Positions 34,440 through 43,312 of a stretch of DNA of 64,000 nucleotides are shown in pieces. Made by a program: the position numbers and the translations under genes. Source of the DNA: Ruminococcus sp. Phil11 (GTDB lineage: Bacteria > Bacillota > Clostridia > Oscillospirales > Ruminococcaceae); NCBI GenBank assembly GCA_001940925.1, contig MSGZ01000009.1, forward strand, positions 49,908 through 113,907, in the 5' to 3' direction. Numbering within the stretch: position 1 is the stretch's first letter; every line of letters begins with the position of its first letter. A model generated the notes under the pieces. It was not told where the DNA came from. It saw only the letters and a program-made list of their open reading frames with translations, and did not search any database.

Positions 34440-35795
34440 ATGGAATTGAAGAATGCTTATCTGAAGTCCGTCTACGAGCAGGTCGAGAAGCGCAATCCGA
34501 ATGAGCCGGAGTTCCTCCAGACCGTTGCTGAGGTTCTGAGCACCCTCGAGCCTGTTGTCGAAAAGAGACCCGACCTCGTTGAGGCTGGCGTCATTGAGAG
34601 AATGGTCGAGCCGGAGCGCCAGATCATCTTCCGCGTGCCGTGGATCGACGACAACGGCAAGCAGCAGGTCAACCGCGGCTTCCGTGTTCAGTTCAACTCC
34701 GCGATCGGCCCGTACAAGGGCGGTCTCCGTTTCGCAAAGAATGTTTACATCGGCATTATCAAGTTCCTCGGCTTTGAGCAGACCTTCAAGAACTCCCTGA
34801 CCTCCCTCCCGATGGGCGGCGGCAAGGGCGGTTCCGACTTCGATCCGCAGGGCAAGTCCGATGCAGAGGTCATGCGTTTCTGCCAGAGCTTCATGACTGA
34901 GCTCTATCGCCACATCGGCCCGAACCTCGACGTTCCGGCTGGTGATATCGGTGTCGGCGGCCGTGAGATCGGCTATCTGTTCGGCCAGTACAAGAGACTC
35001 CAGAACGAGTTTACCGGCGTTCTGACCGGTAAGGGCATTCCGTACGGCGGTTCCCTGATCCGTCCGGAGGCAACCGGTTACGGTGCTGTCTACTATGTCC
35101 AGAACATGCTCGATTATTTCAAGGATGAGATCAAGGGCAAGACCTTCGCAGTTTCCGGCTTCGGCAATGTTGCATGGGGCACCATCAAGAAGGTCAACGA
35201 GCTCGGCGGCAAGGTCGTCACGATCTCCGGTCCGGACGGCTACATCTACGATCCGGACGGCATCTCCACTGACGAGAAGGTCGATTTCCTGCTCGAGATG
35301 AGAGCTTCCTGCCGCAACCGCGCTGAGGACTATGCTGACAAGTTCCCGTCTGCAAAGTTCTTCAAGGGCGAGAAGCCGTGGGGCGTCAAGGCTGACATTC
35401 TGATGCCGTGCGCAACCCAGAACGAAGTCGGCGTTGAGGAAGCAAAGAAGATCATCGCAAACGGCGTCAAGTACTACGTCGAGGTCGCGAACATGCCGAC
35501 CACGAATGAGGCGATCGCACTGCTGAAGGAAGCAGGCGTCATCGTTGCGCCGTCCAAGGCTGTCAACGCAGGCGGCGTTGCTGTTTCCGGTCTGGAAATG
35601 TCCCAGAACAGCGAGCGTCTCAGCTGGACTGCTGAAGAAGTCGATGCAAAGCTGAAGAACATCATGGCCAACATCTTCAAGGCTTCCATCGAGGCTGCAA
35701 ACACCTACGGTCTGGGCGATGACCTGGTCGCAGGCGCGAACATCGCGGGCTTCCTGAAGGTCGCTGAGGCTATGAAGGCACAGGGCTGCGTGTAA
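34440..35795 (+). CDS. gdhA: NADP-specific glutamate dehydrogenase
   Basis: RBS AAGGAG 34425-34430. Near-collinear with enterobacterial GdhA: FRVPWIDDNGKQQVNRGFRVQFNSAIGPYKGGLRF, LPMGGGKGGSDFDP, VPAGDIGVGGREIG, EVANMPTT. Confidence 0.95.
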   Translation: MELKNAYLKSVYEQVEKRNPNEPEFLQTVAEVLSTLEPVVEKRPDLVEAGVIERMVEPERQIIFRVPWIDDNGKQQVNRGFRVQFNSAIGPYKGGLRFAKNVYIGIIKFLGFEQTFKNSLTSLPMGGGKGGSDFDPQGKSDAEVMRFCQSFMTELYRHIGPNLDVPAGDIGVGGREIGYLFGQYKRLQNEFTGVLTGKGIPYGGSLIRPEATGYGAVYYVQNMLDYFKDEIKGKTFAVSGFGNVAWGTIKKVNELGGKVVTISGPDGYIYDPDGISTDEKVDFLLEMRASCRNRAEDYADKFPSAKFFKGEKPWGVKADILMPCATQNEVGVEEAKKIIANGVKYYVEVANMPTTNEAIALLKEAGVIVAPSKAVNAGGVAVSGLEMSQNSERLSWTAEEVDAKLKNIMANIFKASIEAANTYGLGDDLVAGANIAGFLKVAEAMKAQGCV

Positions 35796-35813
35796 TCTTT
35801 CTGCAATGAATCA

Positions 35814-35850
35814 CAAAAAAACCGGGGACTTCGCGTCTCCGGTTTTTTGC
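35814..35850 (+). terminator. Intrinsic terminator of gdhA
   Basis: AAAAAAACCGGGGAC-TTCGC-GTCTCCGGTTTTTTGC. Confidence 0.8.
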
Positions 35851-35864
35851 TCGGGAGGCAAAAT

Positions 35865-36602
35865 ATGAAACAGGTTCCGAATGAATCATTCCGGCATTAT
35901 CTTTCTGCGGCGGATGCGGCGTCCGGTGATTCGGTTTATCCGCGTTCGATCGCAGAGGGCGTACAGTCCGGAGAGATCTTTACGGCAGGGGGAGCGGTGC
36001 TGTTCCGGCATTCCTGCGGATTTGCGTATCTTTCCGGTGAGCCGGATGCGGCATTCCTCGATGAGATCGCTGCGCGATTTTTCCGTGCGGCGCAATCGCG
36101 CAGATTTCTGCTGATCACTGCCGATCCACGGATCTGTGATTATTTTGTCTCTCATGCCGGAGCGACCGCCGAGCAGCGCATCTATTACCGTGCGGATACT
36201 GCACCGGAGCTGCCGGCTGCCCCCGCGGGCTTTACCCTTCGCAGAATCGGCGCAGAACTGCTGCCGCGCATAACCGGCAGGATCGTGCCGTCGTTTTCAT
36301 GGACGACGCCGGAGCAGTTCCTTGCAAACGGCTTTGGCTTCTGCGTCATGCACGGAGAAACCGCCGCAGCCTGTGCGTTTTCCGCTGCGGTGACTTCGGA
36401 ATGTGTTGATATCGGCGTGGAGACGGCAGAGGAGTTCCGGCGGCAGGGGTTGGCGAAAATTGCTGCTGCGGCTGTCATGCGCGAGGCCGTCTCACGCGGA
36501 AAAAAACCGGTGTGGGCGCATCATGCCGCGAATGCAGGTTCCATGCATACGGCACTGGCACTCGGGTTCCGTCAGACGCATGTTTGCTGCACGCTCCGGT
36601 GA
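35865..36602 (+). CDS. GNAT-family acetyltransferase (two-domain, ZmaR/PF12746-like layout)
   Basis: RBS GGGAGG then ATG 35865. The C-terminal half, CVDIGVETAEEFRRQGLAKIAAAAVMREAVSRGKKPVW, is GNAT-like. Confidence 0.55.
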   Translation: MKQVPNESFRHYLSAADAASGDSVYPRSIAEGVQSGEIFTAGGAVLFRHSCGFAYLSGEPDAAFLDEIAARFFRAAQSRRFLLITADPRICDYFVSHAGATAEQRIYYRADTAPELPAAPAGFTLRRIGAELLPRITGRIVPSFSWTTPEQFLANGFGFCVMHGETAAACAFSAAVTSECVDIGVETAEEFRRQGLAKIAAAAVMREAVSRGKKPVWAHHAANAGSMHTALALGFRQTHVCCTLR

Positions 36603-36629
36603 TTTTTGCGTGTTTCGTACGGCCCCAGG

Positions 36630-36658
36630 TTGACAAATTCAGTCAAATGTGCTATAAT
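36630..36658 (+). promoter_or_regulatory. Promoter of the zinc-ribbon gene/ispDF
   Basis: TTGACA 36630-36635, 17-nt spacer, TGCTATAAT with TATAAT at 36653-36658. Confidence 0.7.
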
Positions 36659-36702
36659 ATCATAAACGCTTTACGGGCGTAATTGTTAAAGGAGGAATTA
36701 TC

Positions 36703-37308
36703 ATGGCGATCGAATTTTTTGACAGACTGACTGCCTCTGTTTCCAAGACTGCAAAGCAGGTCTCGGAGAACGCAAAGTCTCTTGCAGACAAGAACCGCGT
36801 CCGCAAGGATATTGCAGCAATGGAAAATGAGCTGCGCAACCGCTTCCGCGATATCGGCGAAAAGTATTTCCTTGAGACGAAAGACAATCCTGCTCCGGAG
36901 TATGCCGAGATGTTCTCCGCAATCGGTGAGCTGCAGGCCGGTCTTGAGGCAAAGCAGCATGAGCTCGAATCCCTGGACGGCACCGTGGCCTGCAAGGAGT
37001 GCGGCAGACCGATCCTGCTCGGCTCCAAGTTCTGCCCGAACTGCGGCGCAACTGCACCCGTCCCGACACCGCCGCCCGTCTCGGCACCCGTTCAGCCGAT
37101 CTGCCCGTTCTGCGGTCAGCCGGTCGCGCCGGATGCTTCGTTCTGCGCAGGCTGCGGCAATAAGCTGCCGGAACAGCCCGCAAATAACAATGCTGTGAAT
37201 CCGAATCCCGCACCGGTTTCCAATGTCTGCCCGAACTGCGGTGAGGTGCTGGCTCCGGACGCACTGTTCTGTGCGGTCTGCGGCACCAAGGCTCCCGGCG
37301 TAGACTGA
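36703..37308 (+). CDS. Coiled-coil protein with three zinc-ribbon (CxxC-x9-11-CxxC) repeats
   Basis: CKECGRPILLGSKFCPNCG, CPFCGQPVAPDASFCAGCG and CPNCGEVLAPDALFCAVCG, separated by Pro-rich linkers. Confidence 0.7.
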   Translation: MAIEFFDRLTASVSKTAKQVSENAKSLADKNRVRKDIAAMENELRNRFRDIGEKYFLETKDNPAPEYAEMFSAIGELQAGLEAKQHELESLDGTVACKECGRPILLGSKFCPNCGATAPVPTPPPVSAPVQPICPFCGQPVAPDASFCAGCGNKLPEQPANNNAVNPNPAPVSNVCPNCGEVLAPDALFCAVCGTKAPGVD

Positions 37309-37311
37309 TCA

Positions 37312-38019
37312 GTGATGAAACGTGATACAGCCGCCCTTCTGGTCTGTGCAGGCAGCGCGACCAGAATGGGCGGTATCCATAAGATCCTGCACCCGCTCGG
37401 GGATACCACGGTTCTTGCGGAGGTGCTCCGGCGGTTCTGCGCCTGCGAAAGCATCGCGGAGATCGTGCTGATCTGCCGCGCACAGGATCTTGCTGATTTT
37501 CAGGCGGCGGCAGATGCTGCCGGTCTCCCGGCGGAGATCACCGTGACCGTCACCGGCGGCGGCGATACCCGTCAGCAGAGCGTCCGGAACGGGTTTCTCT
37601 CGCTGCAGACCGATGCGGAATATGCCGCGATCCACGACGGCGCAAGGCCGCTCGTGCTGCCGGAGGACATTGAGCGTGTCATCACCGATGCCCGCAGGAC
37701 CGGTGCGGCTTCGCTCGGCGTGCCGGTCAAGGATACGGTCAAGGTCGTGCGGCGCGGCATCATTGCGGATACGCCCGACCGCTCCCTGCTGTATCTGACG
37801 CAGACGCCGCAGGTCTTTCGCCGCAGCATCTATGCGGATGCAATGGCACTTGCCGCGGAGCAGGGCAGGGACTATACCGATGACTGCCAGCTCGTTGAGG
37901 CACTGGGACTGCAGGTCACGATGACCGCGGGCGATTATTCCAATATCAAGCTGACAACGCCGGAGGACTTCGCGATCGCGGAGGCACTTCTGCGGGAGCA
38001 GCGGAAGGAGGTGCTCTGA
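37312..38019 (+). CDS. ispD: 2-C-methyl-D-erythritol 4-phosphate cytidylyltransferase
   Basis: [16 protein letters not shown]...[12 protein letters not shown]...IHDGARP...TQTPQVF. Start is GTG 37312 or ATG 37315. Confidence 0.88.
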   Translation: MMKRDTAALLVCAGSATRMGGIHKILHPLGDTTVLAEVLRRFCACESIAEIVLICRAQDLADFQAAADAAGLPAEITVTVTGGGDTRQQSVRNGFLSLQTDAEYAAIHDGARPLVLPEDIERVITDARRTGAASLGVPVKDTVKVVRRGIIADTPDRSLLYLTQTPQVFRRSIYADAMALAAEQGRDYTDDCQLVEALGLQVTMTAGDYSNIKLTTPEDFAIAEALLREQRKEVL

Positions 38020-38507
38020 TGCCGGATTTCCGGATCGGACACGGCTATGACGTTCACAGGCTGACCGAGGGCAGAAAGCTGATTATCGGCGGCGTGGAGA
38101 TTCCGCACAGGCTCGGCCTGCTCGGGCATTCGGATGCGGATGTGCTGACCCATGCGGTCATGGATGCGATGCTCGGTGCGCTTGCACTCGGAGACATCGG
38201 CAAGCATTTTCCGGACACCGACCCCGCCTATGCCGGCGCGGACAGCATTGCGCTGCTCCGGCATGTGACGGCACTGATCCGTCAGCACGGCTGGCAGATC
38301 GGCAATCTCGATGCGACCGTTCTGGCACAGGCGCCGAAGCTTGCGCCGCATATTCAGCAGATGCGGCAGATCATCAGCGAGGCGGCCGGCACACCTCTTG
38401 ACTGCGTCAGCATCAAGGCGACGACCGAGGAAAAGCTCGGCTTTACCGGTCAGGAGCAGGGAATCGCCGCGCATTGCGTCGTGCTGCTGGAACGCATAAA
38501 AGAATAA
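38019..38507 (+). CDS. ispF: 2-C-methyl-D-erythritol 2,4-cyclodiphosphate synthase
   Basis: [12 protein letters not shown]...[15 protein letters not shown]...[12 protein letters not shown]. Confidence 0.93.
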   Translation: MPDFRIGHGYDVHRLTEGRKLIIGGVEIPHRLGLLGHSDADVLTHAVMDAMLGALALGDIGKHFPDTDPAYAGADSIALLRHVTALIRQHGWQIGNLDATVLAQAPKLAPHIQQMRQIISEAAGTPLDCVSIKATTEEKLGFTGQEQGIAAHCVVLLERIKE

Positions 38508-38513
38508 ACAGAT

Positions 38514-38554
38514 CAGCCCGAAAGCGGAACATGCTGCTTTCGGGCTGTTTTCTG
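38514..38554 (+). terminator. Intrinsic terminator of ispDF
   Basis: CAGCCCGAAAGC-loop-GCTTTCGGGCTG followed by TTTTCTG. Confidence 0.75.
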
Positions 38555-38600
38555 TCTGCATATTATATGCAAAGCGGCTGGAAGTCAGAATCAGCTGAAT

Positions 38601-38708
38601 GCAAAAAAGGTGCCGACTGTTACATCAGCACCCTCCTGCTCTTTATAACGGGATTCCAAAGGGACAGTGTCCCTTTGGTCAGGTTTGGGTTGAAAGCCCA
38701 TTCAAAAT
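38601..38708 (-). repeat. Copy B (inverted) of the two-hairpin 3'-end element; includes the cls terminator
   Basis: Minus strand reads ...AATGGGCT..CCCAAACC..CCAAAGGGACA-C-TGTCCCTTTGG..CCCGTTAT..GGGTGCTGATGTAACAGTCGGCACCTTTTTTGC. It sits directly downstream of the cls stop. Confidence 0.7.
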
Positions 38709-38729
38709 CATCGCGCAGCGATACCGCTT

Positions 38730-40304
38730 TCACATCAGCGGAGAGAAGATCTTGAGGAAGCCGCCGAGGAGCTTATAGAACAGCGATTCATTTTTGATCG
38801 TCTCCGGCGTGACCGCCCTGCATTTTGTGCGCGTTTGCTGAAAATCCTGCTCGATCTCCGCGATGCACGGCACCTTGTAGAGATATGCGGCGCATTCAAA
38901 ATGATGATACAGGCTGCGGTAATCCAGATTGATCGTGCCGACGACCGCCTTGATATCGTCACAGACCACGGCCTTTGCGTGGACAAATCCCGGCGTATAT
39001 TCGTAGATCTTCACGCCCGCCTCCAGCAGCGTGCGGTAATGCGTTTTTGCGAGCGCATAGGCGGAACGCTTATCCGGGATGCCCGGCAGGATCAGCTCGA
39101 CGTTCACACCGCGCTGTGCTGCGTATTTCAGTGCGGTTTCCAGTTCGCCGTCCAGAATCAGATACGGCGTCATGATGTGCACGTATGCATTTGCGCGGTA
39201 GAGCATATTGATATATACATTCTCGCCTACTTTGTCGGCATCGAGCGGGCAGTCCGCATACGGGATGACCCAGCCCTCCGCGGGCTGCGGGTCGGCCGGC
39301 GCACTGATGAACGGTTCCCATTCCGCCTGCGGCTCACTGATATTCCACATCTGCAGGAACATCAGCGTAAAGCTGCGGACGGCCTCGCCCTTCAGCATGA
39401 CGCCTGCATCCTTCCAGTGCCCGAAGCGTTCCTTCCGGTTGATATATTCATCCGCGAGATTGATGCCGCCCGTGAAGGCGGTTTTTCCGTCAATCACGAC
39501 GATTTTGCGGTGATCGCGGTAGTTGTAATGCGTGGAGAGGAACGGCCGCACCGGCGAAAAATCCTTGCAGCGGACGCCGAGCTTTTCCATGCGCTTCGGA
39601 TAGTCAAACGACAGCGAGGAGATCTCGCACATGCCGTCGTACAGCACGCGGACGTCTACGCCCTGCTTTGCCTTCTCCGAGAGCAGCGAGAGCACCCTGC
39701 CCCACATATAGCCCTCCGCGATGATGAAAAACTCCATGAAAATGAAGTGCTCTGCTTTTTCGAGCTCGCGCATCATGGCTTCAAACATCTCCGCGCCGTC
39801 GGGGCAATAGCTGACTGCGGTTTTGTCATACATCGGGAAGCAGCCGGTGCGGTTCAGGTATTTGCAGAGGTCGTCCGTACCGGAAGCCGTGATCTCGTCT
39901 GCGGTAATGACGGCTTCATCCTGCGGCAGGGCGTTTTTCGTTTCTTCCGTCAGGTCGCTGATGCGTTTCCGGATGCGTCTGCTGCCGAAGCTTTTGCGGG
40001 TAAACCAGAGCAGCAGTGAGCCGGGGACCGGAAATATTGCGATCAGCCAGAGCCATGTCAGCTTGGCGGAGGAATCCATTTCGCAGTTGAACAGATACAG
40101 CACCATGGAGATCGTAAACACCCACTGCACGAACTTGAACCGCGGGATAAACTCTGTGAACAGGCCGTAGAGCATGGCGATGATCAGGATCTGGGAAACG
40201 ATCAGGATCAGAATGATTGCCAGACGGCTGAACACCAGCCGGAGCAGTCTGTATCGTGTTTTCGGCAGCAGCCGGATGATTTTTTCGGAGTCAAACGGTT
40301 CCAT
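38730..40304 (-). CDS. cls: Cardiolipin synthase (PLD superfamily)
   Basis: Two N-terminal TM segments and two HKD motifs (HRKIVVIDGKTAFTGGINL and HAKAVVCDDIKAVVGTINLD). ATG 40304 is preferred; GTG 40316 overlaps the RBS. Confidence 0.9.
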   Translation of the reverse strand: MEPFDSEKIIRLLPKTRYRLLRLVFSRLAIILILIVSQILIIAMLYGLFTEFIPRFKFVQWVFTISMVLYLFNCEMDSSAKLTWLWLIAIFPVPGSLLLWFTRKSFGSRRIRKRISDLTEETKNALPQDEAVITADEITASGTDDLCKYLNRTGCFPMYDKTAVSYCPDGAEMFEAMMRELEKAEHFIFMEFFIIAEGYMWGRVLSLLSEKAKQGVDVRVLYDGMCEISSLSFDYPKRMEKLGVRCKDFSPVRPFLSTHYNYRDHRKIVVIDGKTAFTGGINLADEYINRKERFGHWKDAGVMLKGEAVRSFTLMFLQMWNISEPQAEWEPFISAPADPQPAEGWVIPYADCPLDADKVGENVYINMLYRANAYVHIMTPYLILDGELETALKYAAQRGVNVELILPGIPDKRSAYALAKTHYRTLLEAGVKIYEYTPGFVHAKAVVCDDIKAVVGTINLDYRSLYHHFECAAYLYKVPCIAEIEQDFQQTRTKCRAVTPETIKNESLFYKLLGGFLKIFSPLM

Positions 40305-40340
40305 GCCCGTGCACACCTCCCTTTGTGCTGTATATTTATC

Positions 40341-40369
40341 ATTATAGCATGATATTCCGGGAAATGCAA
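40341..40369 (-). promoter_or_regulatory. Promoter of cls (minus strand)
   Basis: Minus strand has TTGCAT (40369-40364), a 17-nt spacer, then TATAAT (40346-40341). Confidence 0.6.
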
Positions 40370-40421
40370 CGGATTACAAAAAAATAGGACGGAAAAAGCT
40401 TCCGGCAGGTATTCCGCGTGT

Positions 40422-40450
40422 TTGACAAACGCCTGCTTCCGTGCTATAAT
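40422..40450 (+). promoter_or_regulatory. Promoter of the DUF2156 gene / pepD-fusion operon, divergent from cls
   Basis: TTGACA 40422-40427, 17-nt spacer, TGCTATAAT with TATAAT at 40445-40450. Confidence 0.7.
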
Positions 40451-40488
40451 AAAGGTATATTTTACAAAAAGAAAGGCTGATCTTCCGC

Positions 40489-41394
40489 ATGTCCTTACGC
40501 TTTCATGTTCCGGTTCCCGGAGACAGACCTGCTGTATCCGAGGCGGTTTTTGCCGCAGGTGCAATGGAAAACGATGCTGCGTTTGCAAATCTCTTTCTGC
40601 TGCGCGAAAAATACGGCACGGCACTCTGCACGGAGGACCGGATGCTGCTGCGGCGGTACGGCCGCGGCGTCCGGGCGGGCAGCTATGGCTTTCCGCTCGG
40701 CGGGGGCGATCTGAAACAGGCGGTTTCCCTGCTGCATGCGGATGCAGCGGAACGCGGGATCCCGTTCCGGATGACGCTGCTGACGAAGCCGCAGTGTGAA
40801 AGGCTGGAAGCACTGTTCCCCGGCGGTTTCATGTTTGCGCCGATGCCGGATTATACCGAATATCTGTATTTGCAGGAGAATCTTGCCTCGCTGCGCGGGA
40901 GCCGCTATCACGGCAAGCGCAATCATATCGCGCAGTTCTGGCGGGCGTGTCCGGAGGCATATATTCAGCCGCTGGTCGCGGAAAATGCCGATATCGCCGT
41001 TTCGGTCGCTGAACGCTGGCTGCAGGCGCGCAATACGCCGGATGACCCGTCGCTGTTGTTTGAGCTGAACTGCATCAAGGAGGCGGCGGCGAACTGGGAT
41101 GCGCTCGCGCTGACCGGCCTGCTGCTCTACGACGGCATGGAGCCGGTCGGCATGACGGTCGTTTCGGAAATTTCCGCCGGTATCTTTGATATCCATTTTG
41201 AAAAGGTCGTGCCGGAATATCCGCACGCATGGCCGGTCGTCGTCAATGAAATGGCAAAATGCCTGTCCGGTGCGGAATATCTGAACCGGGAGGAGGACCT
41301 CGGCGAAAGCGGGATGCGCTCGTCGAAGCAGTCCTACCGCCCCGACCTGCTCAATGAGAAATACACTGCGCAATGGCGCGGGGAGGAGCCCTGA
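40489..41394 (+). CDS. Stand-alone DUF2156 protein (homologous to the aminoacyl-tRNA-dependent transferase domain of MprF / LPG_synthase_C)
   Basis: 301 aa, no TM. ...LRGSRYHGKRNHIAQF... and an overall dual-GNAT-like length. The family call is by eye. Confidence 0.55.
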   Translation: MSLRFHVPVPGDRPAVSEAVFAAGAMENDAAFANLFLLREKYGTALCTEDRMLLRRYGRGVRAGSYGFPLGGGDLKQAVSLLHADAAERGIPFRMTLLTKPQCERLEALFPGGFMFAPMPDYTEYLYLQENLASLRGSRYHGKRNHIAQFWRACPEAYIQPLVAENADIAVSVAERWLQARNTPDDPSLLFELNCIKEAAANWDALALTGLLLYDGMEPVGMTVVSEISAGIFDIHFEKVVPEYPHAWPVVVNEMAKCLSGAEYLNREEDLGESGMRSSKQSYRPDLLNEKYTAQWRGEEP

Positions 41395-41395
41395 T

Positions 41396-43300
41396 ATGCT
41401 GAAAACGATCCTTTCGCCGGAGACCTGCGCGGCCTGCCGGAACTGCTGCGTCTTTGAGGAGCAGAGCGCATGGGAGCTGCCTTCCTTTGCGGCGGCATCC
41501 GCAGAACGGCTCGCTGACCGTCCGCAGTACAGGGTTCGGCAGGAGAACGGGCGCATCCGCGTTACCCTGCCCTATGATGATACGCATACTGCGCAGCCCT
41601 GCCCGTTCCTTGACCCGGCAAGCGGCTGTACGCTGCCGCCGGCGGAGAAGCCCTTTGCCTGTTCGGTCTGGCCGCTGCGCCTGATGAAAAAGCCGGACGG
41701 TTCCGCGGCACTCGCGCTGTATCAGGGATGCCCGGGTGTGCCGGAGATCAGCGATCCTGCATGGCGCAAGCTGCTGGACGGCGGTCTGCGGGAACGCATT
41801 TTTGCGGAGGCGGAACGCGATCCCTCGCTGATCCTGCCGTATCATCCGAATTACCGTTTTCTTGAACAGGAGGAACATACAATGCCTGATTTTCCGCAGC
41901 CGCAGGCTGTTTACCGTTATTTCACCGAGCTCGCCGCAATTCCGCACGGCTCCGGCAATACCGCCGGGATCCGGAAATGGGCACTTGATACCGCTGCAAA
42001 GATGGGGCTCTCTGCCCATGCGGATGAAACCGGCAATGTCATCATCCGGAAGGACGGGTCTGCCGAGTATGAAGATCACCCGCGCGTGATTTTGCAGGGG
42101 CATCTGGATATGGTCTGCGCGCAGCTGCCGGACTGCAAAAAGGATATGACGCGGGAGGGGCTTGATCTTGTCTGGACGGCGGATTCTCTCTCCGCGGACG
42201 GCACGACGCTCGGCGGCGACGACGGCATTGCGGTTGCCTATGCATTTGCCGTGCTGGAATCGGACAGCATTCCGCACCCGCCGCTGACCGTCATCCTGAC
42301 CGTTGACGAGGAAACCGGCATGGACGGCGCGACCGGGCTCTCCCCGGAGGAACTCGACGGCGTTTCACTCATCAACATTGACTCCGAGGAGGAGGGCGTG
42401 TTCACGGTCGGATGCGCAGGCGGCGTGCGGTCGCATCTGCGTTTTCCGGTCATGATGCAGCCGGTCGGCGGCGATCGGCTGACGGTTTCGCTCTCCGGCC
42501 TGACCGGCGGACACTCCGGTGCGGAGATCCACAAGCCGCTGCTCAATGCAAATACCGCGATGCTTACACTGCTTTCGGGCATTACTGCGCCGTTCTCTCT
42601 GGCGGAGCTGGACGGCGGCGTGCGGGACAATGTCATCCCGACGGAATGCCGCGCGGTGCTGTATACCGACGATGCCGAAGCGGTCGGGCAGTCGCTTGCT
42701 GCCGGACTGGAACGGCTGAAAGCGGCCTATCCCGGGGAAACGGGCATCCGGCTTGAAATATCTGCGGAGCAGGGGAGCGGGAATGCGCTTTCCGCTGCGG
42801 ATACCAAAAAGCTGCTGAATACGCTGAAGCTGCTGCCGAACGGCGTGCAGGAGATGAATACCGTGCTCAATATGCCGGAGACTTCACTGAATCTTGGTAT
42901 TTTTGAACTGCGTGCGGATGCGATGCTGGTCGATGCACTGATCCGCAGCGGCGTGAATGCCAAAAAAGAGCAGCTTGCCGGAAAGCTCCGGCAGATTGCG
43001 GCGGGCAGCGGCGGCAGCGCGTCGGAATCCGGCAATTATCCCGCGTGGGAATACCGTCCCGGCACGGCACTGGAACAGACTGCCGTCCGCGTATTCAAAG
43101 CGCAGTACGGCAAGGAGCCGCAGGTCGTGACGATCCACGCAGGGCTTGAATGCGGTATTCTTTCTGACAAGGCCCCGCAGCTTGCCTGCATCTCGGTCGG
43201 TCCCGATATTTTTGATATTCACACACCGCGCGAAAAGCTCTCGATTCCTTCGGTGCAGCGGACATGGGATTTCCTTTGTGCGCTGCTCGCGGAGATGTAA
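41396..43300 (+). CDS. pepD: Fusion: YkgJ-type CxxCxxCC Zn/Fe-chelating domain (~160 aa) + aminoacyl-histidine dipeptidase PepD (M20C)
   Basis: N-terminus: CAACRNCCVFEE...CPFLDPASGCTL...CSVWPL. The PepD part begins at MPDFPQPQAVYRYFTELAAIPHGSGN...ILQGHLDMV...TVDEETGMDGA...NIDSEEEG. It is a single ORF with no stop between the parts. There is also an internal RBS AGGAGGA plus ATG at 41882. Confidence 0.75.
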   Translation: MLKTILSPETCAACRNCCVFEEQSAWELPSFAAASAERLADRPQYRVRQENGRIRVTLPYDDTHTAQPCPFLDPASGCTLPPAEKPFACSVWPLRLMKKPDGSAALALYQGCPGVPEISDPAWRKLLDGGLRERIFAEAERDPSLILPYHPNYRFLEQEEHTMPDFPQPQAVYRYFTELAAIPHGSGNTAGIRKWALDTAAKMGLSAHADETGNVIIRKDGSAEYEDHPRVILQGHLDMVCAQLPDCKKDMTREGLDLVWTADSLSADGTTLGGDDGIAVAYAFAVLESDSIPHPPLTVILTVDEETGMDGATGLSPEELDGVSLINIDSEEEGVFTVGCAGGVRSHLRFPVMMQPVGGDRLTVSLSGLTGGHSGAEIHKPLLNANTAMLTLLSGITAPFSLAELDGGVRDNVIPTECRAVLYTDDAEAVGQSLAAGLERLKAAYPGETGIRLEISAEQGSGNALSAADTKKLLNTLKLLPNGVQEMNTVLNMPETSLNLGIFELRADAMLVDALIRSGVNAKKEQLAGKLRQIAAGSGGSASESGNYPAWEYRPGTALEQTAVRVFKAQYGKEPQVVTIHAGLECGILSDKAPQLACISVGPDIFDIHTPREKLSIPSVQRTWDFLCALLAEM

Positions 43301-43312
43301 AGGAGGAACGGT

